Of a stretch of 64,000 nucleotides of DNA, positions 1 to 9,265 are shown piece by piece. The DNA comes from Christensenellaceae bacterium. GTDB lineage: Bacteria > Bacillota > Clostridia > Christensenellales > DTU072. Under the pieces are notes generated by a model. The model saw nothing but the letters and a program-made list of their open reading frames with translations, had not been told where the DNA came from and made no database searches. Both the position numbers and the translations under genes were made by a program. The number at the start of each line of letters is the position of its first letter. Position 1 is the stretch's first letter. The DNA is taken from positions 64-64,063 of the forward strand of contig JAIRKT010000109.1 of the NCBI GenBank assembly GCA_031259965.1, read 5' to 3'.

Positions 1-21
1 ATTTATAGCTAGTAACACTAA

Positions 22-402
22 TTAATTAGTAGGTAATTTGACTATGATAATCTGTGTTTGTGCAAAACCATTTTTGTTGTAAAGAGAAAGCCCCTCATGA
101 TTGTATTCTTTATATGTGTCTTTGGGTTTTATTCGAGAATATGTAAGTCCATACTTTGAAATTAACATTTCCATATTTTCAATAATTTTTTCAGTAGGCG
201 TTTCAACAAAATATTTAAACAACGCAAATGCTTCTTTTGAGAGGTCGTTAAATATAATTTTTTTTGCGCTTGAATTTACAGAAACGATGCCACTTCCACC
301 GAATACATCGTAAAATACATCAATATTAATAGGCAACAGAGGAATAATTTCTTTAAGAAGTTTTGCTTTATTGCCCGGGTAATTCAGTGGTGAAATTACC
401 AT
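22..402 (-). CDS. D12-class (T4 Dam-like) N6-adenine DNA methyltransferase, N-terminal fragment (probably truncated/pseudogene)
   Basis: The 126-aa ORF carries 'YPGNK', 'FYDVFGGSG' (FxGxG SAM-binding) and 'NDLSKE', as in Dam/T4 Dam. It stops at nt 22, before any DPPY catalytic motif. Its start overlaps the upstream methylase gene by 35 nt. Confidence 0.55.
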   Translation of the reverse strand: MVISPLNYPGNKAKLLKEIIPLLPINIDVFYDVFGGSGIVSVNSSAKKIIFNDLSKEAFALFKYFVETPTEKIIENMEMLISKYGLTYSRIKPKDTYKEYNHEGLSLYNKNGFAQTQIIIVKLPTN

Positions 403-1114
403 TTAATCTCTCCTTTACAATTTCAAAATACTTTTCATCTATTTCGCTTCCAATAAACTTTCGATTAGTATTCAAACAGGCAAGAGCGGTTGTCCCGGAT
501 CCCAAAAACGGATCAAACACCAAATCACCTTGCATGGTATGAACTTTAATAATGTCAATGACAACATCTAAATTTTTTTGCGTTGGGTGAACTCGTTTTT
601 TGCCAAGAACAACTCCACTTTTATAAACAGGTTTCAAATAGGGTTTATCACCTGGACGATTAAATGTCCATTTTTTACCGCCTTTGATAGCCCAAATTGC
701 TACCTCAAAGTCCATAACATAGCGGCTGTCAATATTGCGTGGCATTGGATTTGATTTTTCCCAGCGAATAAGGTCTTTGACAATACATTGTTTCTCTTCA
801 AGTGCTTCAACAAGATAAGATAAATTTTTCCAGTCAGTAAAAATGATAATTGAACCACCGTCAACAACTAGGTCAGCACAATCTAATATCCATTGCTTGT
901 GGTTAAATCCATAGTCCCATTTTCCATAATTCATCCCATTCCTTCCCATATTTGAAAAACCAAGTTGGTGGTCTCGACTTACACAATATGGTGGGTCAGT
1001 GATAATTGCATTAACTCTAATTTCGTGCGTTTGCATTTCTTCGACAAGAAGTTTATAATCAAAGTTACGAATTATGATATTTTTAAATGGTGCTAAAAAT
1101 GACTTTGTTGTCAT
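368..1114 (-). CDS. beta-class DNA methyltransferase (DPPY type, N6-adenine or N4-cytosine)
   Basis: 'ITDPPY' (motif IV) precedes 'FDPFLGSGTTALA' (motif I), which is the beta-class order. A GGTGG RBS lies 8 nt before the ATG at 1114; the ORF track starts at a GTG at 1126. Confidence 0.85.
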   Translation of the reverse strand: MTTKSFLAPFKNIIIRNFDYKLLVEEMQTHEIRVNAIITDPPYCVSRDHQLGFSNMGRNGMNYGKWDYGFNHKQWILDCADLVVDGGSIIIFTDWKNLSYLVEALEEKQCIVKDLIRWEKSNPMPRNIDSRYVMDFEVAIWAIKGGKKWTFNRPGDKPYLKPVYKSGVVLGKKRVHPTQKNLDVVIDIIKVHTMQGDLVFDPFLGSGTTALACLNTNRKFIGSEIDEKYFEIVKERLNGNFTTELPGQ

Positions 1115-2407
1115 ACTAATTGCCACCTTTTATGTTTGTTTTAATAATTCTCGGAATATAAGAATCTAAGACTTTATGTATATGCGAAGACTCATCTATA
1201 TTTAGTTGATGGTTTTTGGTATGTGCTGGTGTGCAGTGGTCTGCTTGTTTTATATAGATTAGCTTTTGATATGCTCTTGGCAATAAACAACTCCCTAAAA
1301 GATTATTATAACTTAAGACCAAAGATCCCTATTTTTTTTGTTAAATAACTATAAAAGAATTATAGCATTTAATGAGCGAAATAAGCAAATGAAATGGTTA
1401 ACTTTATAAAGTTTGAAAATAAAATTCATGCAGTGTATCGGACTATTCTTATCCAACCTTTCAACGTGACTTCCGTTATCCCCATCTTCAAAGCGGTTTG
1501 AACTAGTAAAAATTCCCGTCTTTGTAGGCGCGCAACTTGATTATTTGCTCTGGCTTCTCCCAATATTAAATTTTGCTCGACATTATATATAATTATAACA
1601 AAAATCTGAGAGCGATGCTTTTCTAATCCTCTTCCTCACTCTTTGTTTCTTCTCTAAAAGTGTTGCCTAGATATTAACGCTCTGTTAGAAAGATATAGTA
1701 ATCCACAGGTACTTCTGTAAACTCTGAGTAGAAAATCCCATTATATAGCGTTGCTTACCATTCAATAACTGCTCTTGTAGGTTTAGTAATAGCGAGATTA
1801 TTAGAGAAGGAATTAGATAATTTATTTGTTTTTGAACAAATTGCGGAAGTTTGAGCAAACTTACTATCACACGTCTAGTAGGCTATATGCATGTTTTCAC
1901 TATGATGAAGTAATTAAAGCAATAGTAAAAAAAAATGGGTTTACAATTAGATTATGAAACCTGGTCACTCAAAAGATTAACAGAATTGTTTAGTAAAAGA
2001 ACTTTAAGGAAGAACACATGACCTAAAAAAATTCCAAAAAAATTTGGTAGCAACTTAATCAACATTTATTCATAAATATTTTGTACTTATATAGATATCC
2101 AGAAACGTATTTTTAATTACAAATGCAAAATAGAGGAAATTAAGAGATACAAAACACGAAATTTTGTTTATAGATTTACGCACTTGGAATAAAAATGTTG
2201 TCAAAGATAATGACGGTACAGGGAAAACAACAAGTTTCGTTGTGCTGGACGATAGGCAAATTGACGAAGTTAAACACATTTACACGGCGTGCCAAACTGG
2301 CAAAAATTATGGAGTTACTTATAGGGGGGTGAAGCGGAATATTTGGGAGATTATATAAAACTTGAAGAAACAGGAATATTAAACTAAAAAAAAGGCTTAC
2401 TTATCTT

Positions 2408-2578
2408 TTATAATGAGATAAAATATTTTGTTACATTCTCGTGTTCGTTTTTTAGCAGCTCATTTTTTACCATATTTCGTAGAAATATAGACGCTCCGTT
2501 ATAAGAAACACCCAATAATCTCGCTACTTTATAACCGTCAAATTCTTTATCGCAAAAGATTAATGATAATTTCTTCAT
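2408..2578 (-). CDS. small hypothetical protein, possible HTH (56 aa)
   Basis: Hand translation gives MKKLSLIFCDKEFDGYKVARLLGVSYNGASIFLRNMVKNELLKNEHENVTKYFISL. The 'VARLLGVSYNGASIF' stretch looks like a helix-turn-helix. The RBS is weak and the ORF is below the ORF-track cutoff. Confidence 0.3.
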   Translation of the reverse strand: MKKLSLIFCDKEFDGYKVARLLGVSYNGASIFLRNMVKNELLKNEHENVTKYFISL

Positions 2579-2750
2579 GTTTCTTTCTTTGTGTTATTGT
2601 TAGTGGGTTAACTTTTTAGGAGGCAATAGAAAGCCTTTGGAGTTTTGTTGCAAACAAAACGCAGGGAGGCCCCAAACGCAAAAGCATATAAAATATGCGA
2701 TTTTCGGCTGACTTCACGCCTTTTGCAAGGCGTGTTAATGAGACCGAACT

Positions 2751-2825
2751 TGGCAGGGAAGACACGAGTCGAACGTGCAGCCGGCGGTTTTGGAGACCGC
2801 TGCTCTACCATTAAGCCACTTCCCT
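2751..2825 (-). tRNA. trnW: tRNA-Trp (anticodon CCA), CCA end encoded
   Basis: The reverse complement AGGGAAGTGGCTTAATGGTAGAGCAGCGGTCTCCAAAACCGCCGGCTGCACGTTCGACTCGTGTCTTCCCTGCCA folds as a cloverleaf. Acceptor AGGGAAG pairs with CTTCCCT, the anticodon stem is GCGGT/ACCGC with loop CTCCAAA, and the T-arm is GCACG-TTCGACT-CGTGT. Confidence 0.95.
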
Positions 2826-2836
2826 ATGTAACAATA

Positions 2837-2865
2837 ATTATAATATTTTAATTGATAAGTGTCAA
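2837..2865 (-). promoter_or_regulatory. sigma-A type promoter of tRNA-Trp
   Basis: The minus strand reads TTGACA-17 nt-TATAAT. The -10 element ends 11 nt before the first tRNA base. Confidence 0.7.
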
Positions 2866-3235
2866 TTAAATTGTTGCAACAATAAGGTAAGTAAAAAAAA
2901 ATTAAATTTTGCTTAACTGTTACTTTATGAAATTTTCTTAGAAATTAAACGTAAAATGGTTTGCAAATGTTTATAAAAAATGTTAAAATGGCCAAGTTGA
3001 AAACTAAGTATAATAGAAAAATATTGGCTTCGAGTTATTAACTTATAGTAATATAAATGTTTAATCACTTGCTTTATTGAGGTTTAGTGATTAGGATTTG
3101 GGATTTTAGAGACGTTTTATTCTACAAAATACTTTTGACGATGAAGTTATATATAATATTTTCACATTGTATTAAGTATTAGTACAGGAACAAAAATGTA
3201 TTTAAAAAGTACAAGATAAAGGAGATTACATTACA

Positions 3236-4051
3236 ATGAATGTTGAGTACAAAATTGGTTTTATAGGTGTCGGTGTGATGGCTGATGCGATTTTAAATAC
3301 CATATTAAGAAATTCAGAAAAAATAAAGACGTCTGCAGAAGAAATTTTGATATATGATATAGATGATAAAAAAACATCAGAATATAAATTAAAAGATGTC
3401 AAAGTTGCATTGTCTGTAAAAGAGATTTTTTTAAAATCTAACATCGTTATAATTTGCGTTAAGCCACAAAACTATTACGAAATATTGGATGATATTAGTG
3501 AATGCAAGGCGTCCACAGTAGTATCTATTATGGCAGGTGTTAAAATTTCATCACTAAAGGCAAAACTAAATAAATCGACTGGTATTGTTAGAGTAATGCC
3601 AAATACACCTTGTTTAATTGGATATGGAATGAGTGTTCTCTGCTTTGACAATGTCGAAGAAAATTCAAGATCATTAATACTAGAAGTGTTTAACAATTGT
3701 GGTAAAACATTAGTATTAGATGAGGATAAATTTGATGCTGTTACATCTATTAGTGGATCTGGCCCAGCATATGTATATTTTTTTATTGAAGGCTTAATTA
3801 ATGCTGGAATGCAAGGAGGATTGACTTACAACGAGAGCAAAGAATTAGTAATACAAACTTTAATAGGAGCTTCAAAATTAGTTAGTGATTCAAATCAAAA
3901 AGTAAGTGAATTAGTGCAAAATGTATGCAGCAAAGGAGGGACTACGATAGAGGCAATAACATATTTTAAGAACAATAATTTTCAGGATATAATTGTAAAT
4001 GCAGTAAAATGCTGCAGAGATAAATCGAAAATATTATCAAATAAATACTAA
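3236..4051 (+). CDS. proC: pyrroline-5-carboxylate reductase
   Basis: 'IGFIGVGVMA' Rossmann N-terminus, 'VRVMPNTPCLIGYGMS', 'GSGPAYVYFFIEGL' and 'SKGGTTIEAI'. An AAGGAG RBS lies upstream. Confidence 0.92.
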   Translation: MNVEYKIGFIGVGVMADAILNTILRNSEKIKTSAEEILIYDIDDKKTSEYKLKDVKVALSVKEIFLKSNIVIICVKPQNYYEILDDISECKASTVVSIMAGVKISSLKAKLNKSTGIVRVMPNTPCLIGYGMSVLCFDNVEENSRSLILEVFNNCGKTLVLDEDKFDAVTSISGSGPAYVYFFIEGLINAGMQGGLTYNESKELVIQTLIGASKLVSDSNQKVSELVQNVCSKGGTTIEAITYFKNNNFQDIIVNAVKCCRDKSKILSNKY

Positions 4052-4091
4052 AAAACAAAGTTTTAAACTATACTAATATTTGTATTAACAA

Positions 4092-4128
4092 CAAAAAGCC
4101 ACAAACATATCAAACGTTTGTGGCTTTT
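4092..4128. terminator. bidirectional intrinsic terminator between proC and the feo operon
   Basis: Stem AGCCACAAAC / GTTTGTGGCT with a 9-nt loop, an A-run upstream and TTTT downstream. It sits between convergent genes. Confidence 0.8.
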
Positions 4129-4148
4129 GACTTTTTCATAACTTATAA

Positions 4149-4370
4149 TTAATCTGGTGAGTGAGTTTTATTTTCTTCGTCACCAACTAATTGTTTCATG
4201 GAATTACATTGGCCACTGCATCCGGGACAATCGCAACCACAAGATGTTTTGCCTTTTTTCTTCCGAATAATAGCACTAACTATTGATAGTAAAACCAATA
4301 AACCAGCGCCTATTCCTACTAAAACTTCGGTTATTGCTCCAAGGTTTGATATAATAGTTAAAAGATTCAT
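4149..4370 (-). CDS. FeoB-associated Cys-rich membrane protein
   Basis: 73 aa with one N-terminal TM helix, then 'KKKGKTSCGCDCPGCSGQC'. It lies immediately downstream of feoB. Confidence 0.75.
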   Translation of the reverse strand: MNLLTIISNLGAITEVLVGIGAGLLVLLSIVSAIIRKKKGKTSCGCDCPGCSGQCNSMKQLVGDEENKTHSPD

Positions 4371-4401
4371 TGTAAAACCTCCCTAGGTTAACTTATATAT
4401 T

Positions 4402-6609
4402 CTATATGCCTGTGGATTTACGAGGGAATATTTTATCAAAAAACTTACCGACCTTTAATATACCTTTGTGGTCCAAAATATACAAAGTTATAACTGAAGC
4501 TACAATTATTCCTAGAATAAGGCCAAGCCACCATATTGTGCCAACCCAGTATATAACGAAAGAAACAACGTAGGCTGTTAACAACCAAGTGCCGATTGAG
4601 CCCCACAATCTTTTTTTGCTTCTCAACTCTGCACCAGCTGCACCAACCGCAGCTAAGCAGGGGACAGAGAGAAGATTGAATGTCATAAACGCTATTGCAG
4701 CTGGTACTGACAATGTAGATAACAATACAGCTATGGAAGTGCCAGCCAACTCACCACCTTCTAAAATAGAATCGCCGTCCATGCCAGCTAGTACTCCTAG
4801 AGTAGCAACGACCATTTCTTTAGCTATCAAACCTGTGAATACTGCAACAACAAACATCCAACCGTCGTCACCCATGCCGAAACCAAGTGGAACAAATAAC
4901 CAACTTAAGCCTTTAGAAATAACACCAATTATACTATCACCTATGTCTTCTACAAATTCAAAGCGGAAATTGAATGAACTTAAGAGCCATATGATTACTA
5001 CAGCACCTGCAATTACCAATGTTACGCGCTTTAAATAATGAACAAACTTATCCCAGAGGTGTCTAAGGGTAGATCGTATTTGAGGTAAGTGATAATTAGG
5101 CAACTCCATTATAAAATGTGGGGTTTCACCTTTATACATAGTTTTTCTTAAAATAAGAGTTAATAAAACAGCAGTAGCAATTCCAATGAAATACATGGCA
5201 AATACTACAAATTCTCCGCCTTTGTCAACAAAAAGTGTTGCCGCAAAAACTGCCCATATAGGCATCTTAGCGCCACATGAGAAGAAAGGAGCAATTAAGA
5301 TAGATATTCTTCGTTCTTTTTCATTTTCGAGTGCTTTTGTAGCCATTATACCAGGTACTGCACAACCAAAGCACATTAGTAATGGCAACAATGCTTTGCC
5401 AGACAAACCAAGCTTTCGGAAAGCTCTATCCAATATAAAAGCAACTCTTGCCATATAACCTGTTTCTTCCATTATAGATAATGCAAGGAACATCAAAAGC
5501 ATTTGTGGTAGGAATGAGAGAATTGCATCTATGCCACCGAGAAGCCCATCAACGATCATGCTCTGCACCCACTCAGCAGCATTTGAAAGCCCTTCTGCTA
5601 CAGCTTCTATTCCCATTCCAGATAATTCGCCTAACCAGGTTTGCAAAATTACACCAGGTGCTTCTATTGGTTCAACACCAAAGATGCTTAGATATAAGAA
5701 ATCCCCACTAAATATGATATGGAAAACAGCAAACATTATCAAAGCAAATATTGGTATTCCCCATATTTTGTGAGTTAATATTTTATCTGCCTTTTCACTT
5801 CGAGAGACCCTTGTGTTTTTTATGTTTTTAATTTGAAAAGATGAGAAATTGGAATTAATATATTTGTATCTTGAATCGGCGACGATTGACTCGTAGTCAT
5901 TATCGTATTCTGTAAACTGATACTTCGCCTTTATAGAATTGACTTCCTTTGCGAGTTCTGAATAAGCATGTGTTACTAAAAGATCATTTTCAATTAGTTT
6001 AACTGCAACAAAAAGCTCATTGCGAACACCAGCTTTTTGTGCTGCTGCGAGTGCATCACTAAAAACACCAGAAATAATAGAATTCTTTAAAACAGATGTT
6101 GCACCTTTCTTTTCGTTTACAGCAGAGATGCCCTTTTCAATTAGTTCTTTAATGCCTTTATTCTTAAATGCACAAATTCCAACAACTGGCACGCCAATCG
6201 CCTTTGATAATGCATCTATATCAATGGTATCGCCATTTTTATGAACGATGTCCATCATATTTAGTGCAATAACCATAGGAATGTCCGTTTCCAAAAGTTG
6301 GGTAGAAAGATAAAGATTTCGCTCCAAATTAGTAGCGTCTACAATATTAATGATGAGATTAGGAGCTTCTTCTGGTACATCACTTAGTATAAAGTTTCTA
6401 GCTATTACTTCTTCGGGTGAATAAGGAGATAAAGAGTAAATACCAGGCAAATCAACTATTGAAAGCTTTTCATTATTATATTTATAAAAACCTTCTTTTT
6501 TGTCAACAGTAACACCAGGCCAATTCCCAACATGAGCACTGCTCCCTGTTAGATTGTTGAATAGAGTTGTTTTCCCACTATTCGGATTTCCTGCTAAAGC
6601 AATTTTCAT
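4402..6609 (-). CDS. feoB: ferrous iron transporter FeoB
   Basis: N-terminal G-domain 'GNPNSGKTTLFN' and 'DLPGIYSL', followed by a large polytopic gate domain. It overlaps feoA by 4 nt. Confidence 0.95.
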   Translation of the reverse strand: MKIALAGNPNSGKTTLFNNLTGSSAHVGNWPGVTVDKKEGFYKYNNEKLSIVDLPGIYSLSPYSPEEVIARNFILSDVPEEAPNLIINIVDATNLERNLYLSTQLLETDIPMVIALNMMDIVHKNGDTIDIDALSKAIGVPVVGICAFKNKGIKELIEKGISAVNEKKGATSVLKNSIISGVFSDALAAAQKAGVRNELFVAVKLIENDLLVTHAYSELAKEVNSIKAKYQFTEYDNDYESIVADSRYKYINSNFSSFQIKNIKNTRVSRSEKADKILTHKIWGIPIFALIMFAVFHIIFSGDFLYLSIFGVEPIEAPGVILQTWLGELSGMGIEAVAEGLSNAAEWVQSMIVDGLLGGIDAILSFLPQMLLMFLALSIMEETGYMARVAFILDRAFRKLGLSGKALLPLLMCFGCAVPGIMATKALENEKERRISILIAPFFSCGAKMPIWAVFAATLFVDKGGEFVVFAMYFIGIATAVLLTLILRKTMYKGETPHFIMELPNYHLPQIRSTLRHLWDKFVHYLKRVTLVIAGAVVIIWLLSSFNFRFEFVEDIGDSIIGVISKGLSWLFVPLGFGMGDDGWMFVVAVFTGLIAKEMVVATLGVLAGMDGDSILEGGELAGTSIAVLLSTLSVPAAIAFMTFNLLSVPCLAAVGAAGAELRSKKRLWGSIGTWLLTAYVVSFVIYWVGTIWWLGLILGIIVASVITLYILDHKGILKVGKFFDKIFPRKSTGI

Positions 6610-6851
6610 ACAGTTGTTTCCTCCACTTCGAGTATTATGGCAGTTGCCTCTGCTAGTCTTAGTGATAATTCATAATCGCGTATAGTTATTTCGATAGGAT
6701 CACCAAGTGGAGCTGTTTTTTTTAAAACAATACGAGTTCCAGTTGTAATACCCATATCAAATAATCGTTGTTTTAGTTTTCCAGTTGCAGTTACCTTTTT
6801 TACAGTGCCACATTGCAACGGAAGCAGGTTATTAAGAGTTTTTTCTACCAT
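6606..6851 (-). CDS. feoA: FeoA family protein
   Basis: 81 aa SH3-like FeoA pattern 'LFDMGITTGTRIVLKKTAPLGDPIEI', directly upstream of feoB. Confidence 0.9.
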   Translation of the reverse strand: MVEKTLNNLLPLQCGTVKKVTATGKLKQRLFDMGITTGTRIVLKKTAPLGDPIEITIRDYELSLRLAEATAIILEVEETTV

Positions 6852-6879
6852 GTTTCCTCCAGGTAAATCTTTTTTATAG

Positions 6880-6930
6880 TTAGCATATGATAACTCTAAT
6901 ATTTTAGCATTTTTTCGTATAGATTGTCAA
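6880..6930 (-). promoter_or_regulatory. feoAB promoter with overlapping palindromic operator
   Basis: The minus strand reads TTGACA (6930-6925), an 18-nt spacer, then TAAAAT (6906-6901). Just downstream is the imperfect palindrome TTAGCATATGATAA (6880-6893). See findings for the near-identical site at 63769. Confidence 0.6.
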
Positions 6931-7162
6931 TTGAAAAATGAATTTGTTTGCTTGAAATTTAAATATTATTGATATTCTAGTTGGAAATTAGAAATATATA
7001 TGAAAAAGGACATTTAAAAGAAATGAAATAGGATTTTTTAGTTTTAGCAATTCAAATAAGATGAAAGACTAGTTGGGTATATAAGAATAGAAAAATTAAT
7101 GTGATGATGAGGTATAATAGATTTGTTGCGAAATGCAGTGTTGGTATTAGATATAATCAAAT

Positions 7163-7206
7163 CACTGTCTTGTTAGTAACAAGGTAGTGGCCCGGCTAGT
7201 TTTTTT
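7163..7206. terminator. hairpin plus T-run, possible terminator downstream of the TPR gene
   Basis: CACTGTCTTGTT-agt-AACAAGGTAGTG is a 12-bp stem including 2 G-T pairs. A T7 run starts 10 nt later on the + strand. Confidence 0.35.
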
Positions 7207-7282
7207 AACAGAACAAGTATTTGTAAATTAAATGTTTGTATACATTTAAAAATGCACTAACATTGAACATTTTTCAGATAGG

Positions 7283-9196
7283 TTATTTGAGCGAAAATAC
7301 AATGTCGGGGTTAAATTTTATATATTGCAAACATTTCTTTATTAGAGACACACCACACTTATGGGCTGCACAAATTTCAGATAATGGTGCAACATCATTT
7401 AGCATAGTCAAAATACAGTAATGTGCCGATGCAGCGATAACGCAGGTGTCGAATTTATTAAAAATATCAGGGAACCTATTAATATACGCTAGTATTTTAT
7501 TAATAGCATTATAATCTGGTATTATGCCGCTGTGAACAATGAGAGATGAAAGAAGATTTTTATAAATCACTGTTAATTCGGATGATTCTAATATAGTTTT
7601 ATTTGGTTTTCTGATATCAGTTCTTAAATAACATTTCTTTGTAAAGACAGATAGTTCTTCAATACCATCATCAAAAAAAGCACTTAAAAACGAGGCTTTA
7701 TATGAGTTGATAAAATTGTTATAAGGAGTTAACTTAAGAAAATCGAAAATTAATTCTTTTATAATTGGTTTCTGAAGAAATGCGGGAGAACTCATTCGCT
7801 CAACAAGAGATGCAAATCCATATTGACAGACAATATCAAAAGTGTTTCTAAATTCTAAAAGCATTTCGGTTGTTATGTTTTTTCTTATCGTAGTATCTAT
7901 GTATTTGTCTGCGAAGTTGTTAAAGAAGTCAGTTGCGAATTCCTGTGTTTTTGATATGCCAGCAAAAAAATAATTCAGCCAATCATAGATATACTTATTT
8001 TCGTGGTTTATAAGCCATTCAACGCATTTGCCATTATAGTCTGTAAAATAAAATTCACGATACTCTTTAATTGCTTTAGATGCATCCGCATGGTTATTGA
8101 GTATTTTGGATATTATAATGAATGTTATTTTGTATAATTGTGTATCAGGTATAATTGAATTTAAAACATCAAGAAATTTAGTCAGCAAATCGTATCGTTT
8201 AATTGTAATTAAGGTTTTTGGAATTTCCCATATCTCATTAGGTTTAGTATCTTCATTGATTGTCTTATTAAGATAAATGCGGAAGTATTCCAATTCATCA
8301 TGCGGAGATCCCATTTTTCTAAACAGGCGCTCGAAAAATGTGGAATAATCATTTTTGTATAACCTAACTACAAATGATGCATCTGATTCTGTGTTATGTT
8401 TAACTGCAAGCGATCCAAACTTTTTGAACATCTCATTATCACCAGCATGTATAGTTGAGAAGAGGACTACTTTAAGTACATCAATTAAATATGGAGATGA
8501 TTCATCGAGGGATAATGCAATTTGAATTACAACTTCGTATTTTTTTGTGTAATATGCATTTAGTAGATTTTCCATTGCTTCAATTGTACGCTTCTTGGAG
8601 AGGCTTATCATGCCACTTTCCATCATGCTAAGCACCATTTTTTCGTAAACATGAGATAACTCTGAAGGGTTGCTATTTTCTGCTGTAAAAGACTCAAGTT
8701 TATTTTTTGAGTCTGCATCACTCAAATTTTCAGAGTTGGTATTAGGTTGATTACTATTAGTAGCAGTATTTGGAAGTGAGTTTTTTAGGATCTCAAAAAA
8801 TTCAGTGTCTGGGACAACAGGCGCAGCAGTCCCTTTTGACACATACCAATTATGTTGATTAAGTCTAAGTATAGAATTTGAAACAAAATCGGCAACAGCG
8901 CTGTAAGTGTCGCCCATTTTAAGAAGCAATCTTGCAATATTAGCAATATATTCTTTACAATATAAATCGTCTAATAATTCAACATAAATTTGAACAGATT
9001 CCAAGTAACAACCTAGATCTTCATATATCCTGGCAATTTGTTTGTAAAATTCATGTTTGCGTTCAGGCTCGTTTTTTATGGCTAACTTATAGTTTCTTAC
9101 AGCCCCTAAATAGTTTTTGTTTTCTAAACAGGTTTGGGCCTCCATTATGAAAAAATTTGTATCATTTGAATTATCTGATAAAGAATAAATAGCCAT
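7283..9196 (-). CDS. hypothetical protein with N-terminal TPR-like repeats
   Basis: 637 aa. The N-terminus 'AQTCLENKNYLGAVRNYKLAIKNEPERKHEFYKQIARIYEDLGCY' is TPR-like. An Asn/Ser-rich linker follows, and the rest is helical with no recognised family. Confidence 0.6.
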   Translation of the reverse strand: MAIYSLSDNSNDTNFFIMEAQTCLENKNYLGAVRNYKLAIKNEPERKHEFYKQIARIYEDLGCYLESVQIYVELLDDLYCKEYIANIARLLLKMGDTYSAVADFVSNSILRLNQHNWYVSKGTAAPVVPDTEFFEILKNSLPNTATNSNQPNTNSENLSDADSKNKLESFTAENSNPSELSHVYEKMVLSMMESGMISLSKKRTIEAMENLLNAYYTKKYEVVIQIALSLDESSPYLIDVLKVVLFSTIHAGDNEMFKKFGSLAVKHNTESDASFVVRLYKNDYSTFFERLFRKMGSPHDELEYFRIYLNKTINEDTKPNEIWEIPKTLITIKRYDLLTKFLDVLNSIIPDTQLYKITFIIISKILNNHADASKAIKEYREFYFTDYNGKCVEWLINHENKYIYDWLNYFFAGISKTQEFATDFFNNFADKYIDTTIRKNITTEMLLEFRNTFDIVCQYGFASLVERMSSPAFLQKPIIKELIFDFLKLTPYNNFINSYKASFLSAFFDDGIEELSVFTKKCYLRTDIRKPNKTILESSELTVIYKNLLSSLIVHSGIIPDYNAINKILAYINRFPDIFNKFDTCVIAASAHYCILTMLNDVAPLSEICAAHKCGVSLIKKCLQYIKFNPDIVFSLK

Positions 9197-9265
9197 TTAA
9201 AAAGCTCCTTATACTAATTAGTTTTACGAGAAAAGCAAAATTGTAGATATTAGAAAAAACAAATT

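Noticed and set aside
1116-1322. 68-aa TTG-start ORF ending 1 nt before the methyltransferase ATG, considered as a possible controller (C) protein.
   Set aside because: It has no HTH pattern and no RBS, and the sequence contains promoter-like TATAAT and TTGCCA elements. It is more likely the methylase promoter and 5' UTR.
2608-2851. ORFs 2608..2811 (-) and 2645..2851 (+) overlapping tRNA-Trp.
   Set aside because: Both run through or antisense to a canonical tRNA and its flanking hairpin. They exist because of the local GC-richness.
4589-6244. Several 62-149 aa + strand ORFs inside feoB and the Cys-rich gene.
   Set aside because: They are antisense shadows of a confidently identified gene, with no RBS or recognisable motifs.
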